A stretch of 39,425 nt of DNA from a virus (taxonomy: Duplodnaviria > Caudoviricetes), in the IMG/VR virus record IMGVR_UViG_3300016665_000074, positions 1 through 39,425 of that record; one strand, given 5' to 3'. How positions within the stretch are numbered: the stretch's first letter is position 1; the number at the start of each line of letters is the position of its first letter. Under the pieces are notes generated by a model. That model was not told the DNA's origin and ran no database searches. It was given only the letters and a program-made list of their open reading frames with translations. Both the position numbers and the translations under genes were made by a program. This document shows, piece after piece, positions 1 to 8,096 of this stretch.

Positions 1-45
1 GTTTCAGGCTCATCATTCTTTCTATACGGTATCAAATCCAGTTAG
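1..45 (+). CDS. C-terminal fragment of a small tail-associated protein (paralogue of 38502..39044)
   Basis: Reads VSGSSFFLYGIKSS*, matching the FALYGIKGA* end of 38502..39044; truncated by the window edge. Confidence 0.75.
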   Translation, partial: VSGSSFFLYGIKSS

Positions 46-59
46 TGTAGAATAGATAT
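46..59 (+). promoter_or_regulatory. Putative -10 element for a leaderless HNH transcript
   Basis: TAGAAT at 48-53, preceded by TG, ending 6 nt before the ATG at 60; no SD sequence. Confidence 0.5.
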
Positions 60-506
60 ATGGGTGGACAAGGGAGCGGCAGGTTTGCAGTTTATGAATC
101 CTGCACAATAGTTACGCAAGATAATAGACAGTGCAAGAAACCACACACCGCACAAGGTATGTGTCAGATGCACTACAAGCGGGTCAAGTTATACGGCGAC
201 CCATTTGCTAGACCTAAAGGTCATAAAGGTGTCAGACAAACATACAAGGTGGTTCCAGCACCAGGGCATCCTAACTCTGATAGTAAAGGGTACATTGGTG
301 AGCACAGGCTTGTTATGTCAGAGCACTTAGGTAGAGCTTTAGTAGATGGAGAAAATGTGCATCATAAGAATGGTGACAGATATGACAACCGCATAGAGAA
401 CCTGGAACTCTGGGTCACAAAACAGCCCAAGGGTCAAAAGGTGGAAGATAAAGTTCAATACGCTTTAGAAATACTAAAACAATATGCACCAGAAAAGTTA
501 GCATAA
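60..506 (+). CDS. HNH homing endonuclease (HNH_3 type) with N-terminal Cys/His motif
   Basis: YIGEHRLVM...[21 protein letters not shown] motif; N-terminal C-x9-C...CQMHY. Confidence 0.9.
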   Translation: MGGQGSGRFAVYESCTIVTQDNRQCKKPHTAQGMCQMHYKRVKLYGDPFARPKGHKGVRQTYKVVPAPGHPNSDSKGYIGEHRLVMSEHLGRALVDGENVHHKNGDRYDNRIENLELWVTKQPKGQKVEDKVQYALEILKQYAPEKLA

Positions 507-515
507 GGAGCAATA

Positions 516-737
516 ATGGAAAAAGTAATCGTAGATTGCAGCACAGGAGAGCAAACCGTAGTACCGCTAACAGCTGAGGAAATCGCTGAGCTAGAAGCAG
601 CAGCAGCTAAGGCTGAAGCTGACAGACTAGCAGCTGAACAAGAAGCAGCAGCAGTAGCTGCAGCTAAAGAAGCAGCACAGGCTAAACTAGCAGCACTAGG
701 TTTGACTGCCGAAGAAATCGCAGCACTAACTAAGTAA
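516..737 (+). CDS. Small tail-fibre-associated coiled-coil protein
   Basis: AGGAG RBS; Ala/Glu-rich helix ending KLAALGLTAEEIAAL; lies within the tail cluster. Confidence 0.7.
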   Translation: MEKVIVDCSTGEQTVVPLTAEEIAELEAAAAKAEADRLAAEQEAAAVAAAKEAAQAKLAALGLTAEEIAALTK

Positions 738-746
738 AGGAAACCA

Positions 747-1964
747 ATGGCAACTATAAGTAATACACCCAGACCAGGGTATGTATGGGATGCAACAGAC
801 AATTGTTGGTATCCGATAGGTACTGGTCCTCACACTCACGCTTATATCCCTGAGTCTATTGTAGATGCCAAGGGCGATTTAATCTCTGCTACTGCAGACA
901 ATACTCCTGCTCGCTTAGCAGTAGGCAACAACGGCGAAACACTCGTTGCAGATAGTTCCGCCTCTACTGGTTTGAGATGGCAAGGTTCTACCGCTGCTGG
1001 ACGCAACTTTTTAATTAACGGAAACTTTGACATTTTCCAACGCGGTTCATTTGCCTCTCAAACAGTAAGCGGCTATTCACTAGACAGATGGAATGCTGGC
1101 GTAGGTGGAACGGTGACTATCAGTCAGCAAAGTTCTGGCGCTCCAATTGGTTCTCAGTTTTATATGAGAACTGCTTACAATGGCGGTGGTGGTAATTTTG
1201 CTAACCAGCACAATACCCTTGAGTCATCAATGGTGCAAATACTTGTTGGACAAACAGTAACATTTTCAGTTTTAGTTCGTGCAAATGCTTCTTATGTAGC
1301 AACTTCTGGACAAGGTCTTCAAATAGCAATTGATAAAAATGCAACTGCAAACACAGCCACTGGCGGCTCGTGGAGTACAGTCGTTTCTACAAATGTTATG
1401 GCTGCAAGTATTCCAACTGGCACTGGCTCCTCTAACTGGCTTAAAGTTTCAGTTACTGCTGCAATTCCAAATGATGGAACTGCCAATGGTTTAAGAGTCC
1501 GAGTTGGTGAATTAGTTACTGGTCCATCAGGCGCTTACTGGGAAATGGCGCAAGCACAATTAGAAATAGGTTCAGTTGCTACATCATTTACAAGAGCAGG
1601 TGGAAACATCGCAGGGGAGTTAGCCGCTTGCCAGAGGTATTATTGGCGTCAAAATGGATTTGGTGGTGCAAATAATGCTTTTGCTTTTACAGGTCTAGCC
1701 AGCGCAAGTAATCAGTTTTACGTAACTATATACCCTCCTACTGAATTCAGGGTTAGCCCTACCTCAATAGATTTTTCCAATCTAGGCGTTTATATATTTA
1801 GAACAGGTGGCAATCTTGCGGCTACGCCTTCTTTAAATGCAGCTATGCCAAAAGGTGTTGGATTGGTTTTTACTGTATCAGGTGGTTTAACAATAAATGA
1901 TGGTGGAATAATTAATCAACAATCAGCCGGAACGGCGTTTCTCGGTCTAAGCGCGGAGTTATAA
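747..1964 (+). CDS. Tail fibre / receptor-binding protein with carbohydrate-binding-like domain
   Basis: DAKGDLI..TPARLAVG module, RNFLINGNFDIFQRG, AQLEIGSVAT.F and ELAACQRYY motifs typical of phage tail fibres. Confidence 0.85.
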   Translation: MATISNTPRPGYVWDATDNCWYPIGTGPHTHAYIPESIVDAKGDLISATADNTPARLAVGNNGETLVADSSASTGLRWQGSTAAGRNFLINGNFDIFQRGSFASQTVSGYSLDRWNAGVGGTVTISQQSSGAPIGSQFYMRTAYNGGGGNFANQHNTLESSMVQILVGQTVTFSVLVRANASYVATSGQGLQIAIDKNATANTATGGSWSTVVSTNVMAASIPTGTGSSNWLKVSVTAAIPNDGTANGLRVRVGELVTGPSGAYWEMAQAQLEIGSVATSFTRAGGNIAGELAACQRYYWRQNGFGGANNAFAFTGLASASNQFYVTIYPPTEFRVSPTSIDFSNLGVYIFRTGGNLAATPSLNAAMPKGVGLVFTVSGGLTINDGGIINQQSAGTAFLGLSAEL

Positions 1965-1965
1965 A

Positions 1966-2121
1966 ATGACCAATATAGAAATCCTAGAAGTTGAAAATGC
2001 AATAGATGGCTCGACAGAAACCCACGTCATTATTGACCGAGGCAACGGGGAATATACCTCGATGCCTAAAGTGGTCTGGGATGAACTAGAGGCGCAACGC
2101 GAGCAAAGCGGAACACTCTAA
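1966..2121 (+). CDS. 51-aa hypothetical protein, possible fibre chaperone (absent from ORF track)
   Basis: MTNIEILEVENAIDGSTETHVIIDRGNGEYTSMPKVVWDELEAQREQSGTL; starts 1 nt after the fibre stop. Confidence 0.7.
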   Translation: MTNIEILEVENAIDGSTETHVIIDRGNGEYTSMPKVVWDELEAQREQSGTL

Positions 2122-2152
2122 TAGGAGTTAGCCTACAAGAAACGAGGGGACA

Positions 2153-2878
2153 ATGATACAAAAGAATGAAACAGTTGCTGTCGGTTGGTGCGATAACGGC
2201 ACCACCGACGGTAAGTTTACAGAAGGTTTAATGACAGCGGTCCTTGCAGGGCCTGCTAACGGTATATCAATTCATACCAGTATCCGAGTTCAAGGCAATC
2301 AAATTGGCAGACAACGCCAAGTATTGTTTGACCATTGGGCTGATAAGATTAAGACTGACTGGTTATTGTGGGTTGACTCAGACATTGTGCTGAACTTAGA
2401 GTCAATGCAGAAGTTATGGAAGACTGCAGATAAGATTAACCGCCCAGTAGTTAGCGGTGTCTACTTCATTAGCAAAGAGAATGAGGGCAGCTTGATGCGC
2501 CCATTCCCTGTACTATTTGATGATATATCTGAACATCAGATTAGATATAAACACCCATTACCACAAGATGAAGTAATCAAGATTGACAATGCAGGGTTTG
2601 GTTTTGTCTTAATGCACAAGTCAATTGTCCCTAAAATGCGTGAAGCTAATCCTGGTAAGGGTATGTTTATGGAGACTGGTGACGGGGTAGATGACCATTT
2701 TATAGGCGAAGATATTATTTTCTTCCGCCGTATGAAAGCAGCTGGTATTCCACTACACGCCCATACGGGTGCAATCGTAAAGCATATGAAGCGATTCAGT
2801 CTGGACTATGACTACTATGCAATGTACTGGACTAATGAGCAACTTAAAGAAAAATTAAAAGAACAACAACAAGGCTAG
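2153..2878 (+). CDS. GT-A fold glycosyltransferase
   Basis: WLLWVDSD DxD motif, AGFGFVLM, GEDIIF and terminal H (VKH) motifs; GGGGAC RBS. Confidence 0.8.
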   Translation: MIQKNETVAVGWCDNGTTDGKFTEGLMTAVLAGPANGISIHTSIRVQGNQIGRQRQVLFDHWADKIKTDWLLWVDSDIVLNLESMQKLWKTADKINRPVVSGVYFISKENEGSLMRPFPVLFDDISEHQIRYKHPLPQDEVIKIDNAGFGFVLMHKSIVPKMREANPGKGMFMETGDGVDDHFIGEDIIFFRRMKAAGIPLHAHTGAIVKHMKRFSLDYDYYAMYWTNEQLKEKLKEQQQG

Positions 2879-2886
2879 GAGAATAA

Positions 2887-5085
2887 GTGGCTGGTCGTGA
2901 TATTACCGAAGGTCGTTCCAGTAGAGCGATTGCGGTTGACGTAGGTCTTGTATCTGACACTAGCGTATGGCAGAACACTGACATTGCTTACGATGTTGCT
3001 ATCGGAGGTATGCCATTCATCTATGCCATCAACGATGGTAATCCATATGTTAGACAAACAGCTCCTTTCCGCAAAGAACAATTTGATAATCAGACTGAGC
3101 CTGGAGAGCAGAGCCTCACAGGCTGGTGGATTAGAAGTCAATCCTCGTTCCATTCAGGGACGGGGATTAATTTCTTTGACCCCACTGGTGGCGAAGCTGC
3201 TATTACCTATCGCTACTCTGACAGCAAGGGTGTAGATGTTTGGACTAAGGGACAGGTGACTCTGCTTAAGGATACATATCAAGCCCACGTCACAAGCCAA
3301 CCAGTCAACGGATACAACCGTTCTTATCAACAACTACGTTCTATCCAATGGAATGGAAACGATGGCGTTCTATTACACGACGGTTATGACGTAGACAAGA
3401 TTGATTCAACTGGAGCTGAGACCCACTTCATTGATTACAACTCTGGTGCTGACGATAAAGTTTATGCAGTATGTGACGATGGAACTACAGCCTACTGGGT
3501 AACCAACGATACGGGTCCTACTGGAAAGCTAGAGGTAAACAAGAAGCCTTTGACTGGTAATGCTAGTACCTCAGCTACAGTTATGTTTACAGCTGCTGGT
3601 ATTACTGTAACTAACGCTTGTATGGAATATGTCAAAGAGCGTATCGTTATGTGCGTCAACAACTCTATCTATGAGTTCTCATCTAGCGCGTCTGCGCTGC
3701 CTACCGCTGTATATACACACGGCGATGCTGACCATATCTTCACAAGCATCACAGCTTCAGGTCCTGCTATCTATGTTGCAGGCTTTGGCGGTATCCAATC
3801 TAATATCTACAAGTTTACCCTGACTTCATCAACGGGTGCTATGCCTACCTTGACATCAGCTATCACAGCAGCTGAGATGCCAACTGGTGAAATCATCCAC
3901 AAGATTTATTACTACCTAGGCTATATGCTAATCGGTACAAACAAGGGTGTCCGTGTAGCTACAGTCAACGACCAAGATGGTTCTATATCCTACGGACCGC
4001 TTATCTTCGAAAGCAACCAACCAGTCTATGACTTTGCTGCTCGTGACCATTATGTATGGTGCGCTGCTTCTGTCGGTGATGACCCAGGTCTAGTTCGTAT
4101 TGACTTAAGTAATGAGATTGAACCACTACGATTTGCTTACGCAAATGATATTTACTACAACACAGCTGATACCTACTACACAACATCAGTGGCATTCTTG
4201 GGCGAGACAAACAGACTTGCATTCTGTACTGCAGCTGGAACTCAGACAGCAGTAACTAACAAGGCTCGTACTGGAACTACAGTAACCTTAACCTCTGCTG
4301 GTCACGGCCTAACAACGGGCGATATTATTTATGTAATCGGCGTAGACGCTGCACTAGATGGTGGTCCATACACAGTTACTAGTACCACAACTACAACCTT
4401 TACATACGAGACCGCAACCTCTGGAACTATTGCATCCACTGCTTGCTCTGGATTTACTGGTAAAGCTGGCTTTTCATATTTAGAAGAAGAGACAGAGCTT
4501 GTTGCATCAGGGCAACTAACTACTGGGTACATCAGATACAACACACTAGAACCAAAGAACTTTAAGCGTCTTATTGGTCGAGGTGAATTTACTTACGGCT
4601 CTATGACCCTGGAAACTGTAGACAAAAATGGAACAGAGTATGAAGTTATTTCTTACGACGCAACCACTCCGCCAGTTGAGGTAACGACATCCAATCCTCC
4701 AACTGCTCAGGAGTACATTGCCTACAAGTTCATTTTATTTAGGGACGGAACCGACAATAGCAAAGGTCCTACATTCAAGGGTTATCAGGCTAAAGCCACT
4801 ATCGCTACACCAAGGCAGCGAGTAATTAGATTTCCCGTCTATTGCTTTGACGTGGAGACTGACAAGTACAACGTACTAACTGGATACGAAGGACGAGCAC
4901 AGGAGCGTATTGCTGACCTGGAATCTATCGAAGAAGGTGGAGACGTTGTGACTTGGCAAGACTTAACAACTGGCGAATCACGCCAATGTGTTATCGAACA
5001 GATTCAATTCACTCGTATGACGCCACCTGATAGAGGATTTACAGGCTACGGTGGTGTCCTCACTATCACTATAAGGACCGTATAA
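2887..5085 (+). CDS. Large beta-rich tail protein (tail nozzle / tubular B-like) with inserted beta-sandwich
   Basis: 732 aa, beta-propeller-like composition, last gene before lysis; insertion HGLTTGDIIYVIGV..YTVT..TTFTY. Confidence 0.65.
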   Translation: MAGRDITEGRSSRAIAVDVGLVSDTSVWQNTDIAYDVAIGGMPFIYAINDGNPYVRQTAPFRKEQFDNQTEPGEQSLTGWWIRSQSSFHSGTGINFFDPTGGEAAITYRYSDSKGVDVWTKGQVTLLKDTYQAHVTSQPVNGYNRSYQQLRSIQWNGNDGVLLHDGYDVDKIDSTGAETHFIDYNSGADDKVYAVCDDGTTAYWVTNDTGPTGKLEVNKKPLTGNASTSATVMFTAAGITVTNACMEYVKERIVMCVNNSIYEFSSSASALPTAVYTHGDADHIFTSITASGPAIYVAGFGGIQSNIYKFTLTSSTGAMPTLTSAITAAEMPTGEIIHKIYYYLGYMLIGTNKGVRVATVNDQDGSISYGPLIFESNQPVYDFAARDHYVWCAASVGDDPGLVRIDLSNEIEPLRFAYANDIYYNTADTYYTTSVAFLGETNRLAFCTAAGTQTAVTNKARTGTTVTLTSAGHGLTTGDIIYVIGVDAALDGGPYTVTSTTTTTFTYETATSGTIASTACSGFTGKAGFSYLEEETELVASGQLTTGYIRYNTLEPKNFKRLIGRGEFTYGSMTLETVDKNGTEYEVISYDATTPPVEVTTSNPPTAQEYIAYKFILFRDGTDNSKGPTFKGYQAKATIATPRQRVIRFPVYCFDVETDKYNVLTGYEGRAQERIADLESIEEGGDVVTWQDLTTGESRQCVIEQIQFTRMTPPDRGFTGYGGVLTITIRTV

Positions 5086-5289
5086 ATGACTCCTGAAGAC
5101 TGGGCTAAACTAGCCGTTGCACTCATAACCATCTTTAGCGCACACGCTGCGCTGGTTAAGTTCCTAACTAAGCATTACTTATCTGAATTAAAACCCAACG
5201 GTGGTTCCAGTCTTAAGGATAAAGTAAACGCACTCGAAGATAAAGTTGATTTACTAACTGACCTAGTCAAGGAAGCATTGAGGAAATGA
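5086..5289 (+). CDS. Holin-like membrane protein
   Basis: One N-terminal TM helix, LKPNGGSSLKD followed by a coiled coil; immediately upstream of the endolysin. Confidence 0.6.
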   Translation: MTPEDWAKLAVALITIFSAHAALVKFLTKHYLSELKPNGGSSLKDKVNALEDKVDLLTDLVKEALRK

Positions 5290-5805
5290 ATGAAACCTGT
5301 AGCGAAGGCCGCGAGTCCTGCGGCTATTGCTGTTCTTCGTCAAGCGACAGCGTTGTTTCCGAAACGAAAGAAACTGTCCGACGGATTATTGCCATCACTA
5401 GCGCATCAGAAAGCCAGTCCGAATTCGGACCACAACACGGGTCTTGCTGTTGACTTGACACACGACCCCGAGAATGGGGTTGATTGTGCCCAGATATTCG
5501 AAAAGCTTAAGGAAGATGAGCGGGTTTCCTACCTTATCTTCAATAAAAAAATTTGGTCGCGCCAGTATGCTAAGCGTGGCAATCGTCCTTACACTGGTAG
5601 CAACCCTCATACTAAGCATCTTCATATTTCTATTAACCCTGATTCCGCTAATGACACTAGTCCTTGGTTCTGGTGGATGAATCAACCTAAGATTGTGAAC
5701 CAGGTAAGGGCTAAACTACAGCCTCAACCTAAGAAGAAAGTAGTAGTGGACATACCCGTATGTACCTGCTGCAAGGTTCACAATACTAAACGAAAGGCAA
5801 TCTAA
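5290..5805 (+). CDS. Endolysin, M15-like Zn peptidase
   Basis: SDHNTG-x-AVD...HxH (HLHIS) LAS-type Zn ligands; flanked by membrane proteins. Confidence 0.75.
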   Translation: MKPVAKAASPAAIAVLRQATALFPKRKKLSDGLLPSLAHQKASPNSDHNTGLAVDLTHDPENGVDCAQIFEKLKEDERVSYLIFNKKIWSRQYAKRGNRPYTGSNPHTKHLHISINPDSANDTSPWFWWMNQPKIVNQVRAKLQPQPKKKVVVDIPVCTCCKVHNTKRKAI

Positions 5806-5991
5806 ATGGAAACACTAAAGCAAGTATCGCTGACCTGGTTCCGTGCTGCAGCCTCTGCTGCAATCGCACTCTACCTCGCAGGCGAGACCGACCTTAAGAC
5901 TCTCGGTATGGCAGCCCTCGCAGGGTTCCTCGGACCAGTACTTAAGTGGCTCGACCCATCCGCTAAGGAGTTCGGCAAAGGCGCAGAGTAG
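5806..5991 (+). CDS. Holin
   Basis: Two hydrophobic helices; KWLDP..FG C-terminus typical of actinophage holins. Confidence 0.7.
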   Translation: METLKQVSLTWFRAAASAAIALYLAGETDLKTLGMAALAGFLGPVLKWLDPSAKEFGKGAE

Positions 5992-6026
5992 CCTGTTAAA
6001 CGCCGTATAAGGCGATTTAAGACCAT

Positions 6027-6075
6027 AAGACCCCCGACCTAAGGTAACTACCTTGGGAAGGGGGTTCTTTTTTTA
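6027..6075 (+). terminator. Intrinsic terminator of the late/lysis operon (possibly bidirectional)
   Basis: ACCCCC..CCTAAGGTA/TACCTTGGG..GGGGT stem followed by a T7 tract, between convergent genes. Confidence 0.8.
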
Positions 6076-6675
6076 TACCTTCACAATCCAAAGCTGCCAT
6101 CCCTTGTGAATAATGGCTAAGTCATCTTTGTGTCTATCAAGAAACGAATTGATTCCTGGCATAGGACGGAAGGCATCACCCTTACCATCACTCCATTCGT
6201 AATCATCAAAGCCAATAACCCCACCTGACTTAAGACATAACCAGGATAACTCAGCATCAAGTAGTACGCCTACTGCTGTGTGGTCAGCATCAATATAAAT
6301 AAAATCATAATGTTCAACAGGTGCATTCTTTAGCCACTCGATAGTTGTACCCTTGAACTTAGTTAGGTTCTTGTAGCTTTTAGTCTTGTAGTCATAAGCT
6401 AACTCAACATCAGTAAAGTCCATCTCGTGATGAGCTTGCTCATCTGAACCTTGCCAGGTATCTACATCAGTCAGGTGTGACGAAGGATTAGTTAATATAT
6501 TATCGAGTAGCCATACTGAAGTATCGCCAGTGAATGCTCCTAATTGCAGAAACTGTAGGTCGGGAAGACCTTTCAATGGCTTTAGTATTGTTTCAAAGTT
6601 CGCTTTGGCAGGAGTAGATTCGAACCAATTAGGGAACTCGACACGCCGAGTCTCTTTCAATTTGACACCTTTCAA
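6073..6675 (-). CDS. Class I SAM-dependent methyltransferase (Methyltransf_24-like); start uncertain
   Basis: LQLGAFTG motif I, VDTW, YDFIYIDADH, LKSGGVIGFDDY. Confidence 0.85.
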   Translation of the reverse strand: MKGVKLKETRRVEFPNWFESTPAKANFETILKPLKGLPDLQFLQLGAFTGDTSVWLLDNILTNPSSHLTDVDTWQGSDEQAHHEMDFTDVELAYDYKTKSYKNLTKFKGTTIEWLKNAPVEHYDFIYIDADHTAVGVLLDAELSWLCLKSGGVIGFDDYEWSDGKGDAFRPMPGINSFLDRHKDDLAIIHKGWQLWIVKV

Positions 6676-6691
6676 AACACTTGACTATAAT
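6640..6691 (+). promoter_or_regulatory. SigA-type promoter of the replication operon with upstream GACAC box
   Basis: Perfect TTGACA (6662-6667)-N18-TATAAT (6686-6691); GACACGCCG at 6640. Confidence 0.8.
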
Positions 6692-6773
6692 TGATATATA
6701 TAATATCATATATAATATATAGGGGCGAAGCCCCTTATATAATTAATATATAATATATATATTATATATATAA
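6692..6773. repeat. AT-alternating tract centred on a GGGGC-GAA-GCCCC hairpin
   Basis: Almost purely A/T TATATAA-type repeats on both sides of a 5-bp GC stem at 6722-6734. Confidence 0.8.
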
Positions 6774-6780
6774 CTGAATA

Positions 6781-6852
6781 TTGCATAGCCCCGATATGTT
6801 GAGTACCCTCCTGTCCTCCATAAAAGGGCTATGCAAATCTAACTGACAGGAG
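6781..6852 (+). ncRNA. Structured 5' leader: hairpin with anti-RBS loop (predicted pseudoknot)
   Basis: 11-bp stem TTGCATAGCCC/GGGCTATGCAA; loop CTCCTGTC (6808-6815) complementary to GACAGGAG (6845-6852). Confidence 0.6.
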
Positions 6853-6858
6853 AAAGCA

Positions 6859-7047
6859 ATGATTCAATTACAGGGCTACAACTTACCAGCCCATATATCT
6901 TATTCAGCATTCACTACTTACCTGACTTGTGGTTATCAGTATTACCTAGGTCGACTACTGCAGGTACCTGAAGAGCCAAGTATTTGGTCAGCAGGTGGCA
7001 GAGCATTCCACTCAGCAACTGAAGAATGGGACTTAGCAAATGACTAA
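6859..7047 (+). CDS. Cas4/RecB-like PD-(D/E)XK exonuclease, N-terminal part
   Basis: HISYS..TYLTCGYQYYL..GRAFH; carries the first Fe-S Cys. Confidence 0.8.
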   Translation: MIQLQGYNLPAHISYSAFTTYLTCGYQYYLGRLLQVPEEPSIWSAGGRAFHSATEEWDLAND

Positions 7048-7639
7048 TCCACTATGGGCAGAAGCTTGGGCTAAAGAAACCAAGGACCTTGACTTTACTA
7101 AAGCCCGCGTTGCGGGCAGAGCTACCAAAGCTAATCCGAATAAGGAAGATGCTACTTGGTGGAATGAGATGGGTCCACAATGGGTGGACAACTACATCGC
7201 TTGGCGCAAAGCCAATACCGATTGGAAACTATGGCGCACTCCTCAGGGTGCTAAGGCCATAGAACTAGAACTCAATCCCATAATTGCAGACGTGCCTGTG
7301 AAGATGGTGATTGACCGTGTCTTCGAAGTCAATGGTGAACTTGTCATTGTTGACCTTAAGACATCAGCACGACGTCCAACATCTGACCTACAGCTTGGCT
7401 TCTACAAAGTCGGCATTGAGATGATGCTTGGAGTAACCGTCAATCAAGGAAACTACTGGATGTCCAGAGAATCTGGGACAGGAGAGATGATTGACCTGAG
7501 TAGATATACCCTAGATATGCTTGAGTATCTAGTGTCAGGCTTTGATAAGGCAAGGCAGGCTGGTATATTTCTACCTAACCTATCCAGTTGCAGTTACTGT
7601 GGACTCACAGAACACTGCCAATTTACGAAAGAGAAATAA
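7040..7639 (+). CDS. Cas4/RecB-like PD-(D/E)XK exonuclease, C-terminal part
   Basis: IELEL, IDRV, IVDLKTS, QLGFY and C-xx-C-x5-C. Confidence 0.85.
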   Translation: MTNPLWAEAWAKETKDLDFTKARVAGRATKANPNKEDATWWNEMGPQWVDNYIAWRKANTDWKLWRTPQGAKAIELELNPIIADVPVKMVIDRVFEVNGELVIVDLKTSARRPTSDLQLGFYKVGIEMMLGVTVNQGNYWMSRESGTGEMIDLSRYTLDMLEYLVSGFDKARQAGIFLPNLSSCSYCGLTEHCQFTKEK

Positions 7640-8022
7640 TGAACAACGACGATTGGAAGATTCAAGTCTCCATTAAATCATCTGCATCAAAGGATGCTGA
7701 TATGATTAACATCCGCGCTAACACCGCTGATGAACTAAGCGTTCTACTAGAGGGCGTATCTGATTACTCAACTCAAATCGCAGCTACTGCGAAGATGGTT
7801 CAGGCAGCGTACAACACACTCCCTTTAGCGACGCCCGCTTCAACTCCCGCCACAACGCCACCAGTCTCCTCAATTCCAGACCAGGCAAAGGCTCAGTCCC
7901 CTACCTGTATTCACGGACCGCGAGTGTTCCGAAGTGGCGTAAGTAAAAAGAATGGACAACCATACGCGTTCTGGTCTTGCCCTCAACCACAGGGTGCTGA
8001 CCAGTGCAAGCCCGTTAACTAA
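7639..8022 (+). CDS. Hypothetical replication/recombination protein with C-terminal Zn motif
   Basis: ATG overlaps the upstream TAA; Pro/Ala linker then CIHG..FWSC..C; sits between exonuclease and helicase. Confidence 0.7.
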   Translation: MNNDDWKIQVSIKSSASKDADMINIRANTADELSVLLEGVSDYSTQIAATAKMVQAAYNTLPLATPASTPATTPPVSSIPDQAKAQSPTCIHGPRVFRSGVSKKNGQPYAFWSCPQPQGADQCKPVN

Positions 8023-8039
8023 CACTATCGGGGACAATG

Positions 8040-8076
8040 GAACCACTCACTATTCGGGGAAGGTAGTGGGTGGTTC
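8040..8076 (+). other. 15-bp RNA hairpin with CGGGGAA loop in the helicase leader
   Basis: GAACCACTCACTATT / GGTAGTGGGTGGTTC pair with three G-U pairs; no U tract. Confidence 0.7.
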
Positions 8077-8096
8077 TACCTTAAGACAGGAGAACA

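Noticed and set aside
747-1964. Diversity-generating retroelement acting on tail fibres
   Set aside because: No reverse transcriptase and no TR/VR pair differing only at adenines
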